This document shows positions 16,533 through 25,498 of a stretch of 41,827 nucleotides of DNA, piece by piece. The first letter of the stretch is position 1. Each line of letters begins with the position of its first letter. Source of the DNA: Thermoleophilia bacterium (lineage in GTDB: Bacteria > Actinomycetota > Thermoleophilia > Gaiellales > F1-60-MAGs149); assembly GCA_032119475.1 (NCBI GenBank), contig JAUMCA010000126.1, positions 1 to 41,827 of the forward strand. Direction: 5' to 3'. The position numbers were made by a program, and so were the translations under genes. The notes beneath the pieces were generated by a model. That model searched no databases. It had not been told where the DNA came from and saw only the letters and a program-made list of their open reading frames with translations.

Positions 16533-17567
16533 CTACGCCGGGGCCGGCGCGCCGGCGGCCACGCGCAGGCGCGGCTTGACCGTCTCGGCGAAGCGCCGGA
16601 TGTTGGCCTGCACGAGGTCGTCGGGCATGCCGGACCAGCCGAAGCGGAAGATCAGGGTGTCGCAGCGGAGGCGGTCGAGGTGCTCCTGGAGCTCGGCGAC
16701 GCAGCGATCGGGCCCGCCGAGGATGAAGCGGCCACCGGCCTTGAGATCCTCCCAGTCGCGGTCGAGGCGATCCTGGGACATCACCTCGCTCTGACCCCAC
16801 TGGACGTACGCCTGGTACTTCGCCTGGAGGTACTGCCGCGCCTCGCGCTCCGCGCTCTCGTCGTCGTCGCCGACGTAGATCTCCTTCATCACCGGGAGCT
16901 CGGTCACCGGCGGGTGCCCGAACTCCGCGCGCGCGGCGTGGAACATGGCCAGCTGGCGCTCGAGCTCACCAAGGTTCGCGTGGGGGTTCACGGTCCAGGT
17001 GTCCGCGATGCGCGCGGCGCGGCGCACCGCCGAGTCCGCGTTCGCCGCGAGCCAGATCGGCGGGTGCGGTCGCTGCAGGGGCAGGACGGACAGCCGCGCT
17101 TCGCGGAGCTTGTAGCCGTGGCCCTCCGCCGTCACGGCCTCGCCGGCGAGCAGCCGCTTGACGACGTCCAGCTTCTCGTTGAAGACGCGGACGCGCTTCT
17201 CCGGCACGTCGAAGGCGTCGAACTCCTCGGCCCGGTAGCCGAGGCCGACGCCGAGGACCAGCCGGCCGCCCGTGATGGCGTCGAGGGTGGCCGCGTTCTC
17301 CGCGACCTCCACCGGGTTGAGCAGGGTCAGGAGCGCGATGTTCGTCGCCACGCGCATGTCGCCGGACTCGGCGGCGATGCGGCCGAGCAGCGGCATGGTC
17401 TGGAGCATCTGGAAGACGCCGGTGACGAAGTGCTGACCGGCGGACACGAGGTCGAAGCCGAGGTCGCGGCAGAGCGCCGTGTGCGCCACCGCCTGGCGCG
17501 CGATCTCGTCGGGCGCGACGCCCTCGGGCTGCTGCACGTTCAGGAAGATCCCGATCCTCGGCTCCAT
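16533..17567 (-). CDS. LLM-class flavin-dependent oxidoreductase
   Basis: This is the 344-aa C-terminal part of ORF 16533..18968(-), starting at ATG 17565-17567 (MEPRIGIFL...) after GGAGGAG. LLM blocks are present (SAGQHF, LVLGVGLGYR, IWLAANADSAV). Confidence 0.85.
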   Translation of the reverse strand: MEPRIGIFLNVQQPEGVAPDEIARQAVAHTALCRDLGFDLVSAGQHFVTGVFQMLQTMPLLGRIAAESGDMRVATNIALLTLLNPVEVAENAATLDAITGGRLVLGVGLGYRAEEFDAFDVPEKRVRVFNEKLDVVKRLLAGEAVTAEGHGYKLREARLSVLPLQRPHPPIWLAANADSAVRRAARIADTWTVNPHANLGELERQLAMFHAARAEFGHPPVTELPVMKEIYVGDDDESAEREARQYLQAKYQAYVQWGQSEVMSQDRLDRDWEDLKAGGRFILGGPDRCVAELQEHLDRLRCDTLIFRFGWSGMPDDLVQANIRRFAETVKPRLRVAAGAPAPA

Positions 17568-17666
17568 GCGCTCCTCCAGCGTCGCGTCCGGGCGGCAGCA
17601 TAGGACAGCCGGTGCGCGCCGATCCGGACGGCAGGAGTCGGGCATCTGCAGCGCGAACCGTGGGGC

Positions 17667-18743
17667 ATGCCCCGCCGCCTGCCCGTCAGCCTGATCGCCG
17701 TTGTCCTCGTGCTGCTCGCGGCGGGCCCCGCGATCGCGCGCCCGTCGGACCAGGCGCGCCTGCGGCTGGTGAAGACCATCACCGGCGACATCTCGCCGAA
17801 GTCCGTGGCGTCGAACGGCCGCGGCCTGGTGACCGCGCAGAACATGATGTACACGCACACCGTGACGGTCTACGACAGCCGCTCCATGCGGCTGGTGCGC
17901 ACGATCCCCGACGCGGTTCGGCTGTCGGCGTTCGGCATCTCCGGCCATCCGGGCATCTCGCGCGGCGCGCCGGTCGAGGCGGCGTTCTCGCCGGACGGAC
18001 AGCAGGCGTACGTGTCGAACTACGCGATGTACGGCGCCGGGTTCGGCCCTGAGGGGTCCGACACGTGCTCGCCCTCGTCGGGCTACGACCGCAGCTACGT
18101 CTACCGGATCGGGATGCGCTCGTTCCGCATCGACGCGGTCTACCGGGTCGGCGCGGTGCCGAAGGTCGTCGCCACGACGCCGGACGGCGCGTACGTCCTG
18201 GTCGCCAACTGGTGCTCGTACGACCTCAGCGTGATCGATACGCGCGCCGGGCGGGTCGTCCGCACGCTCCCGATGGGGGCGTACCCGCGGGGGATCGCCG
18301 TGGCGCCGGACGGGCGTGCCGCGTACGTCGCCCTGATGGGCGGCACCGATCTGATCCGCGTGGACCTCGTGACGTGGCGGACCCGCCCCCTGTCGATCGG
18401 CGTCAGCCCGCGCGCCGTCGTGGCGTCGCCGAACGGCCGCTTCCTCTACGTCACGCTCAACGCCGAGGGCCGGCTGGCGCGCCTCGACCTGCGCACGGGC
18501 CGCGTCATCAAGACGAACACCGGGCGGGCGCCGCGCAGCCTCGCGATCGCGCCGGACGGCACGGCCCTCTACGTGGTCAACTACGAGAGCGGCACCGTGG
18601 CGAAGGTGCGCGCCCGCGACATGCGGGTCACCCAGACGATCGACGCCTGCGTGCACCCGATCGGAATCGCGTACGACGCGCCGACGAAGCGGGTGTGGGT
18701 CGCCTGCTACGGCGGCGCACTGCTGGTCTTCAACGACCGCTAA
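17667..18743 (+). CDS. secreted YVTN-family beta-propeller repeat protein
   Basis: A 358-aa ORF with a signal peptide (LIAVVLVLLAAGPAIARP). The unit P.G(I/V)A..PDG...YV.N.....(V/L)..(I/V)D recurs, for example PRGIAVAPDGRAAYVAL, PRAVVASPNGRFLYVTL, PRSLAIAPDGTALYVVN and PIGIAYDAPTKRVWVAC. Confidence 0.8.
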   Translation: MPRRLPVSLIAVVLVLLAAGPAIARPSDQARLRLVKTITGDISPKSVASNGRGLVTAQNMMYTHTVTVYDSRSMRLVRTIPDAVRLSAFGISGHPGISRGAPVEAAFSPDGQQAYVSNYAMYGAGFGPEGSDTCSPSSGYDRSYVYRIGMRSFRIDAVYRVGAVPKVVATTPDGAYVLVANWCSYDLSVIDTRAGRVVRTLPMGAYPRGIAVAPDGRAAYVALMGGTDLIRVDLVTWRTRPLSIGVSPRAVVASPNGRFLYVTLNAEGRLARLDLRTGRVIKTNTGRAPRSLAIAPDGTALYVVNYESGTVAKVRARDMRVTQTIDACVHPIGIAYDAPTKRVWVACYGGALLVFNDR

Positions 18744-18781
18744 TGAAACAAAGGGGCCAGACCCCTTTGTTTCATTAGCGG
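18737..18781. repeat. AT-rich palindromic hairpin element, copy A (20-bp stem, loop CCAGA)
   Basis: The sequence is CCGCTAATGAAACAAAGGGG-CCAGA-CCCCTTTGTTTCATTAGCGG. The left arm contains the TAA stop (18741-18743) of the beta-propeller gene. The core AAAGGGGCCAGACCCCTTT is shared with the two elements at 25419-25498. Confidence 0.8.
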
Positions 18782-18928
18782 GGTGGGGGCTGCGCGCGTG
18801 CGCGCGGGGTGGGTGCGACGGCGTCGCACGGCAGGCTCGATGTGTCAGCGGATGGTGTGAGGTCGCGCGCCCCGCGCGCTGAAAGCGCGTGCGTTCCGCG
18901 TGCGCATCCGCGCGTCGCCGGTGGCGCG

Positions 18929-20557
18929 TCAGAGGCCGGCGTAGTCGACCGGTGCGCCGTCGACCCACGTCTCCTCGACGCGGATCGAGCGCAGGTCGTC
19001 GATCTCGACCGCGAGGGGGTTGGCGCTGAGGATCGCGAGGTCGGCCAGCTTGCCGGGCTCGAGGGAGCCGACGACGTGGTCGCGCTTCGTGGCCGCCGCG
19101 CCGTTGATCGTGTAGCCGCGCAGCGCCTCCTCGACGGTCAGGCGCAGCTCGGGGCCGCCGAGGGTCGAGCCGTAGCGGGTCCGGCGGGTCACGGCCGCCC
19201 AGATCGCCTCCAGCGGATCCGGCCCGGACACCGGCGTGTCCGACGACAGGACGATCGGCGCGCCCGCGTCCCGGAACTCGCCGTACGGGTTGTAGCGGTG
19301 CGCGCGATCGCCGAGCGCCTCGAGCAGCGCGTCGCCGACGAGGTAGCCGTGCGTCGGCTGGGGCACGGGGTGGATGCCGAGCGCGGCGATGCGGTGGACC
19401 TGCTCGGGCGACGGCATGCCGCAGTGCTCGATGCGGTGGCGGTGGTCGTCACGCGCGACGTCGTCGAGCGACTCCGTGACGGCGTCGAGCACGATCTGGA
19501 TCGCCGAGTCGCCCTGGGCGTGGGTGCCGGTCTGCAGGCCGAAGCGGTGGGCACGGCGGATCAGCCGCCGCAGCTCCTCGGGCTCGTGGTAGAGCTGGCC
19601 GTGGTGGCACGGGTCGAAGCGGTAGCCGCTCTCGAAGTACGCGGTCAGTCCCGTCAGCGTGCCGTCCGCGTACAGCTTCAGCCCGGCGAAGGCGAGGTGG
19701 TCGTCGCCGAGGCGGGAGCGCAGGCCGAGTTCGACGAGCGTCTCGAGCAGCGTCGACAGGGTCAGCATCGAGACGCGCAGCCGCAGCCGCCCGTCGTCGC
19801 GCGCCGATAGGTACGTCTCCATCTCGCGGCGCGTGACCTGGCAGTCCGTCACCGACGTGACGCCGGCCTTCAGCAGCATCGTCTGCGCGTTGCAGAGCAG
19901 GTCGACCAGGCGCTCGGGCGCGTCGGGGATGTGGATGTTCGGGCCGTGGTCGCGCGTCTTCACGCCCTCGGGCCCGGTGATCAGGTCGATCGCCGCGTCC
20001 CACAGCACGCCGGTCGGATCGCCTGCCGCATCGCGCTCGATGCGCCCGCCCGCCGGGTCCGGCGTCGCCGCCGTGATGCCGCTGTCGGCGAGGCAGCGGC
20101 TGTTGACCATCACGCCATGGCCCGACCGGTGCATGACCGCGACCACGCGGTCGGTTGCGACGCGGTCGAGGTCGGCTGCCTCGGGGTTGCGGCGCACGTC
20201 GAGGTCGCCGTGGTGGACGCCGAAGCCCCACACGGCGGCGGTGGGGGGCAGGCTGTCGCGTCGTCGCCCGAGGACGGCGACAAGCTGGTCGATCGTGGTC
20301 ACCTCGGGCGGTGCGCAGTCCACCCACGCGGCGCACTGGCCGAGCATCAGGGGGTGGGTGTGCGCGTCGACGAAGCCCGGCAGCAGGGTGCGTCCTCCGA
20401 GGTCGACGTCGACCGCGCCGCGGCCCGCGGCGTCGCGGCAGTCGTCCAGCGTGCCCGCGTGCAGGATCCGCTCGTCGAGCAGCGCGACCGCCTCGACCGC
20501 GCCCGCGGCGCCCATGGTCAGGATCGGGCCGCCGCTGATGATCGTCCGCCGGTTCAT
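18929..20557 (-). CDS. amidohydrolase_3 (YtcJ-like) metal-dependent hydrolase
   Basis: A 542-aa ORF. It has an N-terminal LLPGFVDAHTHP metal box, internal LKLYADG and GTHAQGD, and RHRIEHCG and VLSSDTPV blocks typical of YtcJ-like amidohydrolases. Confidence 0.85.
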   Translation of the reverse strand: MNRRTIISGGPILTMGAAGAVEAVALLDERILHAGTLDDCRDAAGRGAVDVDLGGRTLLPGFVDAHTHPLMLGQCAAWVDCAPPEVTTIDQLVAVLGRRRDSLPPTAAVWGFGVHHGDLDVRRNPEAADLDRVATDRVVAVMHRSGHGVMVNSRCLADSGITAATPDPAGGRIERDAAGDPTGVLWDAAIDLITGPEGVKTRDHGPNIHIPDAPERLVDLLCNAQTMLLKAGVTSVTDCQVTRREMETYLSARDDGRLRLRVSMLTLSTLLETLVELGLRSRLGDDHLAFAGLKLYADGTLTGLTAYFESGYRFDPCHHGQLYHEPEELRRLIRRAHRFGLQTGTHAQGDSAIQIVLDAVTESLDDVARDDHRHRIEHCGMPSPEQVHRIAALGIHPVPQPTHGYLVGDALLEALGDRAHRYNPYGEFRDAGAPIVLSSDTPVSGPDPLEAIWAAVTRRTRYGSTLGGPELRLTVEEALRGYTINGAAATKRDHVVGSLEPGKLADLAILSANPLAVEIDDLRSIRVEETWVDGAPVDYAGL

Positions 20558-20588
20558 GCATCCACCGTACCGGGGTGGGGCGCGATCG

Positions 20589-22085
20589 TCAGCGGGCCGC
20601 GACGAAGTCGTCGAAGTCCGGGCGCAGCGTGTCCTTCCAGTAGTCGAGCATGAAGCCCGACCAGTTGTTCTGGACCTTGCCGTCCGCCGTCACGTACCAC
20701 GAGCGGCAGCCGCTGGCCCAGACCGACCGCGCGAGGTCCTGCTGCAGCTCGTCGTTGAAGCGCGCCTGCGCCGTGGGATCGACCTCGAGGCGGCGTAGCC
20801 CGCCGGCCCGCATGTGCTCGAGGCACTTGCGGATGTAGCGGATCTGGCACTCGATCATGAAGATGATCGTGCCGTGCCCCAGGTTGGTGTTCGGCCCGTA
20901 CAGCATGAACAGGTTCGGGAACCCGGCGACCGTGATGCCGAGGTGCGCCTGCGGCCCCTCGCGCCACGCCTCGGCGAGCCGCGTGCCGTGCGCGCCGGTC
21001 ACCTCGACGGTCGACATGAACCTCGTCGAGTCGAAGCCCGTGCCCCAGACGATCGCGTCGAGCGGTCCGATGGTGCCGCTCTCCGTCTCGATGGAGTCCG
21101 CCGTGATGCGCACGATGCGATCGGTGACGAGCTCCACGTTGTCCCGCTGCAGCGTGGGGTACCAGTCGTTCGACAGCAGCACCCGCTTGCAGCCGATGCC
21201 ATAGCGCGGGGTCAGCTTCTCGCGCAGCGCCGGGTCGGGCACCTGCTTCGCGAGGTGGCGCAGCGCCACGTCCTGCCACTGCTCGGCGCGGTCGGACCCC
21301 TGGATCAGGCCCCACCACCTCTGCCCGGGCCGAAAGGCGAGGAAGCCCTTCTCGTTGAACCAGAAGATGCCGAGGCGGTGGAGCGACTCGAGGCCGGGGA
21401 CGTGCCGGAACAGGCGCTTCCTGCGCTCGGTGTAGGGGTAGTCGCGGCGGGGCACGATCCACGACGGGGTGCGCTGGAAGACGGCGAGGTGGCCGACCTC
21501 CTTCGCGATCTCCGGCACGAACTGGGCGGCGCTCGCCCCGTTGCCGATCACCGCGACGCGCTTGCCGCGCAGATCGGCGTCGTGGTCCCAGCGCGCCGAG
21601 TGGAACTGGGTCCCGGCGAAGTCGTCGCGTCCCTGGATCTCCGGGATCAGCGGCTCGTTGAGCTGGCCGCACCCGAAGATGACCACGTCGTGCTCGATCC
21701 GCTCGCCGCCCGTCGTCGTCAGCGTCCACGTGCTCGCGGCGTCGTCGAACACGGCCGTCTCGATGCGCGTCGACAGCCGCGTCCTCGGGTACAGGTCCTC
21801 CTCGCGCATGCAGGCCTTGAGGTACTCGCGGATCTCCTCGTGGCCGGCGTACGTCTTCGTCCACTCGTGGTTGCGCTTGAAGGAGAAGGAGTACAGGTGC
21901 GAGCCGATGTCGCAGGCCGCCCCGGGGTACGTGTTCCAGTACCACGTGCCGCCGACCTCGTCGGCCGCCTCGTAGATCGTCAGGTCGCGGAACCCCGCCT
22001 CCTGCAGGCGGATCGCCATCCCGATGCCGCTGAATCCCGCGCCGATGATGGCGATGCGGGGACCGCTCCCGTTCCGTCCGCCCAT
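20589..22085 (-). CDS. type I Baeyer-Villiger (flavin-containing) monooxygenase
   Basis: This is the 498-aa part of ORF 20589..22598(-), starting at ATG 22083-22085 (MGGRNGSGPRIAIIGAGFSG...). It has two Rossmann boxes (GAGFSG, GNGASA) and the BVMO fingerprint FxGxxxHxxxW as FAGTQFHSARW. Confidence 0.9.
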   Translation of the reverse strand: MGGRNGSGPRIAIIGAGFSGIGMAIRLQEAGFRDLTIYEAADEVGGTWYWNTYPGAACDIGSHLYSFSFKRNHEWTKTYAGHEEIREYLKACMREEDLYPRTRLSTRIETAVFDDAASTWTLTTTGGERIEHDVVIFGCGQLNEPLIPEIQGRDDFAGTQFHSARWDHDADLRGKRVAVIGNGASAAQFVPEIAKEVGHLAVFQRTPSWIVPRRDYPYTERRKRLFRHVPGLESLHRLGIFWFNEKGFLAFRPGQRWWGLIQGSDRAEQWQDVALRHLAKQVPDPALREKLTPRYGIGCKRVLLSNDWYPTLQRDNVELVTDRIVRITADSIETESGTIGPLDAIVWGTGFDSTRFMSTVEVTGAHGTRLAEAWREGPQAHLGITVAGFPNLFMLYGPNTNLGHGTIIFMIECQIRYIRKCLEHMRAGGLRRLEVDPTAQARFNDELQQDLARSVWASGCRSWYVTADGKVQNNWSGFMLDYWKDTLRPDFDDFVAAR

Positions 22086-22129
22086 TGCCGGCAGCGTAGC
22101 GCCGCTCGCGCGTCCGCCGCTGGACACGG

Positions 22130-22876
22130 TCAGCGGGTGCCGAAGCGGCGGATCGCCGCCTGGGTCGCCGGGTCGGCGAACGTGTCGAGTTCCGCGACCA
22201 GTTCGGCGGCCACGGCCGCGTCGTAGCTCGCGCCGCTCGGGCCGTCGAGGAGCTCGCGCGTCCGCCGCACGCCGATCCCCGGATGCCCGGCGATGACGGC
22301 GGCGATCCGCAGCGCCTCGGCGCGCAGGCCGCCGGCCGGCACAGCCCGTTCGGCGAGGCCGATCGCCACCGCCTCCGAACCGCTGACCTCCTCGCCGGCG
22401 AGGAGGAGGAGACGCGCCCGGCCGGCGCCGACGAGCCGCGGCAGGATGTGCGTCAGGCCGCCGGTCGGGCTGAGCCCGATGTCCAGATCGCCGACCCGCA
22501 GACGGGCGTCGTCGGCGACGACGCGCAGGTCGCACTGGCACATCAGCTCGAAGCCGCCGGCGACCGCGTGGCCGTGCACGGCGGCGATGACGGGGCATCC
22601 GAGCGCGCGGATCGCGAAGCCGATCTGCGCGTAGCGGTCGAGGAAGGCCGCGAACCCGGCGGCGTCGAGCCCGTCCAGCTCCTTCAGGTCCGCGCCGCCG
22701 CAGAAGGACGGGCCGGCGCCCGCCAGCACGACGCAGCGGACGCCCTCGTCGTCGCGGACCCGCGCGAGCTCGGTCAGCAGGTTCCCGATCGCCTCGGACG
22801 AGAGGGCGTTGCGCGCCTCGGGCCGGTGGAGCTCGAGCAGCGCGACCGGGCCGTGGTCCTCGCGGCGCAGGGTCAT
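22130..22876 (-). CDS. enoyl-CoA hydratase/isomerase (crotonase) family protein
   Basis: This is the 248-aa part of ORF 22130..23239(-), starting at ATG 22874-22876 (MTLRRED...). Crotonase blocks are PEARNALS, FCGGADLKE, and VIAAVHGHAVAGGFEL. The ATG overlaps the upstream TGA (ATGA at 22873-22876). Confidence 0.9.
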   Translation of the reverse strand: MTLRREDHGPVALLELHRPEARNALSSEAIGNLLTELARVRDDEGVRCVVLAGAGPSFCGGADLKELDGLDAAGFAAFLDRYAQIGFAIRALGCPVIAAVHGHAVAGGFELMCQCDLRVVADDARLRVGDLDIGLSPTGGLTHILPRLVGAGRARLLLLAGEEVSGSEAVAIGLAERAVPAGGLRAEALRIAAVIAGHPGIGVRRTRELLDGPSGASYDAAVAAELVAELDTFADPATQAAIRRFGTR

Positions 22877-24195
22877 TCGGGTACCTCCCCGTCGTAGACG
22901 CGGTACAGGCGCTTGGACTTCCGCTCCGCGCGCGGCAGCGTCTCGGCCGACACGATCTCGATCGCGGGCGTGAAGTTCAGCCGCGCCTGGATGGCCGCCG
23001 CGACGCGCGCCGCGAGGTCCGGACCGTCGTCCTCGCCGCGCTCCACCACGATCCGCGGGGCGTAGTCGATCGGCGGCGCCTGCTCGAGCAGGATCCGGAA
23101 CTCGCCCGTCAGCGCCGGGCGCAGGCCGTAGAGGACGTCCTGGACGCCGAGCGGGAAGACGTTCACCCCGCGCACGATGAACATGTCGTCGCTGCGACCC
23201 ACCATGGAGAAGCGGAGGCCCGTGCGCCCGCAGGGGCACGGCTCGCCGTGGACGCGGACGAGGTCATGCGAGCGGTAGCGGACCAGGTAGCTGGCCTCGC
23301 GCCCGAGGTTCGTGAACACCAGCTCGCCGACGGCGCCGTCGGCCGGATCGACCGCCTCCCCGCTGACCGGGTCGATCAGCTCGGTCGCGAAGTGCCCGCG
23401 GGTGATCAGGTGCAGGCCCGTCAGGTGGTCGCACTCGGCCGCCATGACGCCGGTCTCGGACAGGCCGTAGACGTCACGCGCCACGCAGCCCCACGTCGAC
23501 TCGATCGCGTCGCGGAAGCCGGGCACCTGCAGGCCGCCCTCGCCGGAGAAGACCCCGCGGCGCATCCGCAGCGCGCGCGGTTCCAGCCCCTGCTCGCGCG
23601 CGACCTGCGCGAGCCGCAGGGCGTACGCCGGCGTCGAGTACAGGACCCACGGCGTGGCCATCGCGTCGACGAGCTCGATCAGGCGGAGCGAGTTGCCGAC
23701 GCCGTAGGGGAGGACGGCGAGCCCGGCCCGCTCGAAGCCCATGTGGTCGGTGACGCCGCCGACGTACATCGAGTAGTTCATGCACTCGAGCAGCAGGTCG
23801 CCCGGGCCGAGGCCGGCGCAGGCGACGGCGCGGGCCGCGACGTCGTCCATCCAGTCGGTGTCGGCCCGCGTGAACGCCATCCGCATCGGCACCCCGGTCG
23901 TGCCGCCGGTGCACTGGATGCGCGTGATGCGGTCGAGGGGCGCTCCCTGCGTGCCGCCGAGCGGCGGGTCGGCGTCCTGCGACCGGCGCAGGTCGTCCTT
24001 CTCGGTGAACGGCAGGCGCCGGAGGTCGTCGACGGTCCGGATCGCCGCCGGGTCGACGCCGGCGGCCGCCCACAGTTCGCGGTAGAACGGGCTCGTGGCG
24101 TGCACGTAGGCGAGCTGGTCCGGCAGGCGCGCGGCGATCTCCGCCGGCTCGTCCGCCGGGTCGCCGCACTCGGCGTCGGGGTCCCGGATCGTCAC
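22873..24195 (-). CDS. phenylacetate-CoA ligase-like (PaaK family) adenylate-forming enzyme
   Basis: A 440-aa ORF with a GTG start. PaaK-type blocks are FYRELW, LPFTEKDDLR, TGGTTGVP, YGLSE, and RSDDMFIVRGVNVFP. Confidence 0.85.
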   Translation of the reverse strand: MTIRDPDAECGDPADEPAEIAARLPDQLAYVHATSPFYRELWAAAGVDPAAIRTVDDLRRLPFTEKDDLRRSQDADPPLGGTQGAPLDRITRIQCTGGTTGVPMRMAFTRADTDWMDDVAARAVACAGLGPGDLLLECMNYSMYVGGVTDHMGFERAGLAVLPYGVGNSLRLIELVDAMATPWVLYSTPAYALRLAQVAREQGLEPRALRMRRGVFSGEGGLQVPGFRDAIESTWGCVARDVYGLSETGVMAAECDHLTGLHLITRGHFATELIDPVSGEAVDPADGAVGELVFTNLGREASYLVRYRSHDLVRVHGEPCPCGRTGLRFSMVGRSDDMFIVRGVNVFPLGVQDVLYGLRPALTGEFRILLEQAPPIDYAPRIVVERGEDDGPDLAARVAAAIQARLNFTPAIEIVSAETLPRAERKSKRLYRVYDGEVPE

Positions 24196-24278
24196 GGCGC
24201 AACGCTATCAGCGGCCGGGTGACCGCCGGTAGACTGGCGGACGCGCGCGACCCGCGTGCAGGCCACGAGGAGCGCGTG

Positions 24279-25412
24279 ATGGATTTCGACCTTCCCGGCG
24301 AGCACGAGGACTTCCGTGCGGTCATCCGCGACTTCGCCGAGCAGCGGATCGCGCCGATCGCCGAGGAGCTCGACCGCGAGCACCGCTTCCCGTACGAGAT
24401 CGTCGCCGAGTTGGCGGAGCTCGGGGTGATGGGGATCCCGTTCCCGGAGGAGATCGGCGGCGGCGGGGGTGACACGCTGCTCTACGCCATCGCCGTCGAG
24501 GAGCTGACCCGCGTCGACGCGTCCGTGGGCGTGACGGTCGCGGCGCACACGTCGCTCGGCACGATGCCCATCTACCTCTACGGCACCGCTGCGCAGAAGG
24601 CCGCGTGGCTGCCCGACCTCGTCAGCGGCCGCGCGCTCGCCGCGTTCGGGCTGACGGAGCCGGAGGCCGGATCGGACGCGGGCAGCCCGCGCACCCGCGC
24701 CGAGCTCGTGGACGGCGCATGGCGGATCAACGGGTCGAAGATGTTCATCACCAACTCGGGCACGGACATCACGCGCTGCGTGACGATCACCGCGGTCACC
24801 GGCGAGGACGAGATCTCGAACATCATCGTCCCGAACGACGCGCCCGGGTACACGCGCAGCGCGCCGCTGCGGAAGATGGGCTGGCACGCCTCCGACACGC
24901 GCGAGCTGGTCTTCCAGGACTGCCAGGTGCCCGAGGAGAACCTGCTCGGACCGCGCGGGCGCGGGTTCAAGCAGTTCCTCGAGATCCTCGACGGCGGGCG
25001 CATCTCGATCGCGGCGATGGGCCTCGGCACGATGCAGGCCGCCTACGACCTGTCGTACGCGTACGCGCAGCAGCGCAACCAGTTCGGCCGTCCGATCAAG
25101 GACTTCCAGGCGATCCGCTTCAAGCTCGCCGACATGGCGGTGGAGCTCGAGGCGGCGCGCGCGCTCGTCTACCGCGCCGCCTGGCTGAAGGACCAGGGGC
25201 GCCCGTACGCGCACGCGGCGGCGATCGCGAAGCTGTACACCGGCGAGGCCTCCCACCGAGCCGTCAACGAGGCCGTGCAGATCCACGGCGGCTACGGCTA
25301 CATGGACGAGTACGCGATCTCGCGCATCTACCGCGACCAGAAGGTGCTCGAGATCGGCGAGGGCACGAACGAGGTGCAGCGGCTCGTGATCGCTCGCGGC
25401 CTCGGCCTCTAG
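24279..25412 (+). CDS. acyl-CoA dehydrogenase (short/medium-chain type)
   Basis: ATG at 24279 follows GAGGAG, inside ORF 24219..25412; 377 aa. ACAD blocks are FGLTEPEAGSD, KMFITN, and QIHGGYGY. The C-terminal EIGEGTNEVQRLVIAR retains the catalytic Glu as in SCAD/MCAD. As I recall, isovaleryl-CoA DH lacks that Glu, so I do not call it IVD. Confidence 0.9.
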   Translation: MDFDLPGEHEDFRAVIRDFAEQRIAPIAEELDREHRFPYEIVAELAELGVMGIPFPEEIGGGGGDTLLYAIAVEELTRVDASVGVTVAAHTSLGTMPIYLYGTAAQKAAWLPDLVSGRALAAFGLTEPEAGSDAGSPRTRAELVDGAWRINGSKMFITNSGTDITRCVTITAVTGEDEISNIIVPNDAPGYTRSAPLRKMGWHASDTRELVFQDCQVPEENLLGPRGRGFKQFLEILDGGRISIAAMGLGTMQAAYDLSYAYAQQRNQFGRPIKDFQAIRFKLADMAVELEAARALVYRAAWLKDQGRPYAHAAAIAKLYTGEASHRAVNEAVQIHGGYGYMDEYAISRIYRDQKVLEIGEGTNEVQRLVIARGLGL

Positions 25413-25418
25413 CCGGAA

Positions 25419-25449
25419 TGAATGAAAGGGGCCAGACCCCTTTCATTCA
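25419..25449. repeat. AT-rich palindromic hairpin element, copy B1 (13-bp stem, loop CCAGA)
   Basis: The sequence is TGAATGAAAGGGG-CCAGA-CCCCTTTCATTCA, beginning 7 nt after the TAG of the acyl-CoA dehydrogenase. Confidence 0.85.
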
Positions 25450-25467
25450 CCGTCTTCATCGCCGTAG

Positions 25468-25498
25468 TGAATGAAAGGGGTCTGGCCCCTTTCATTCA
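25468..25498. repeat. AT-rich palindromic hairpin element, copy B2 (exact reverse complement of B1; loop TCTGG)
   Basis: The sequence is TGAATGAAAGGGG-TCTGG-CCCCTTTCATTCA. Its last three bases (25496-25498) are the TGA stop of the minus-strand biotin carboxylase gene. It is 18 nt from B1. Confidence 0.85.

Noticed and set aside
18782-18928. A ~150-bp non-coding GC-rich stretch with GCGCGCG-type runs and a short GTGCGAC-GGC-GTCGCAC hairpin between hairpin element A and the amidohydrolase stop. It could be a small RNA or a gene remnant.
   Set aside because: It has no promoter-like hexamers, no convincing extended structure, and no ORF with sensible composition. The evidence is insufficient to call anything.
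25419-25498. A CRISPR-like array (repeat-spacer-repeat).
   Set aside because: There are only two repeat copies, they are in inverted not direct orientation, the spacer is 18 nt, and no cas genes are present. It is treated as a palindromic repeat or terminator element instead.
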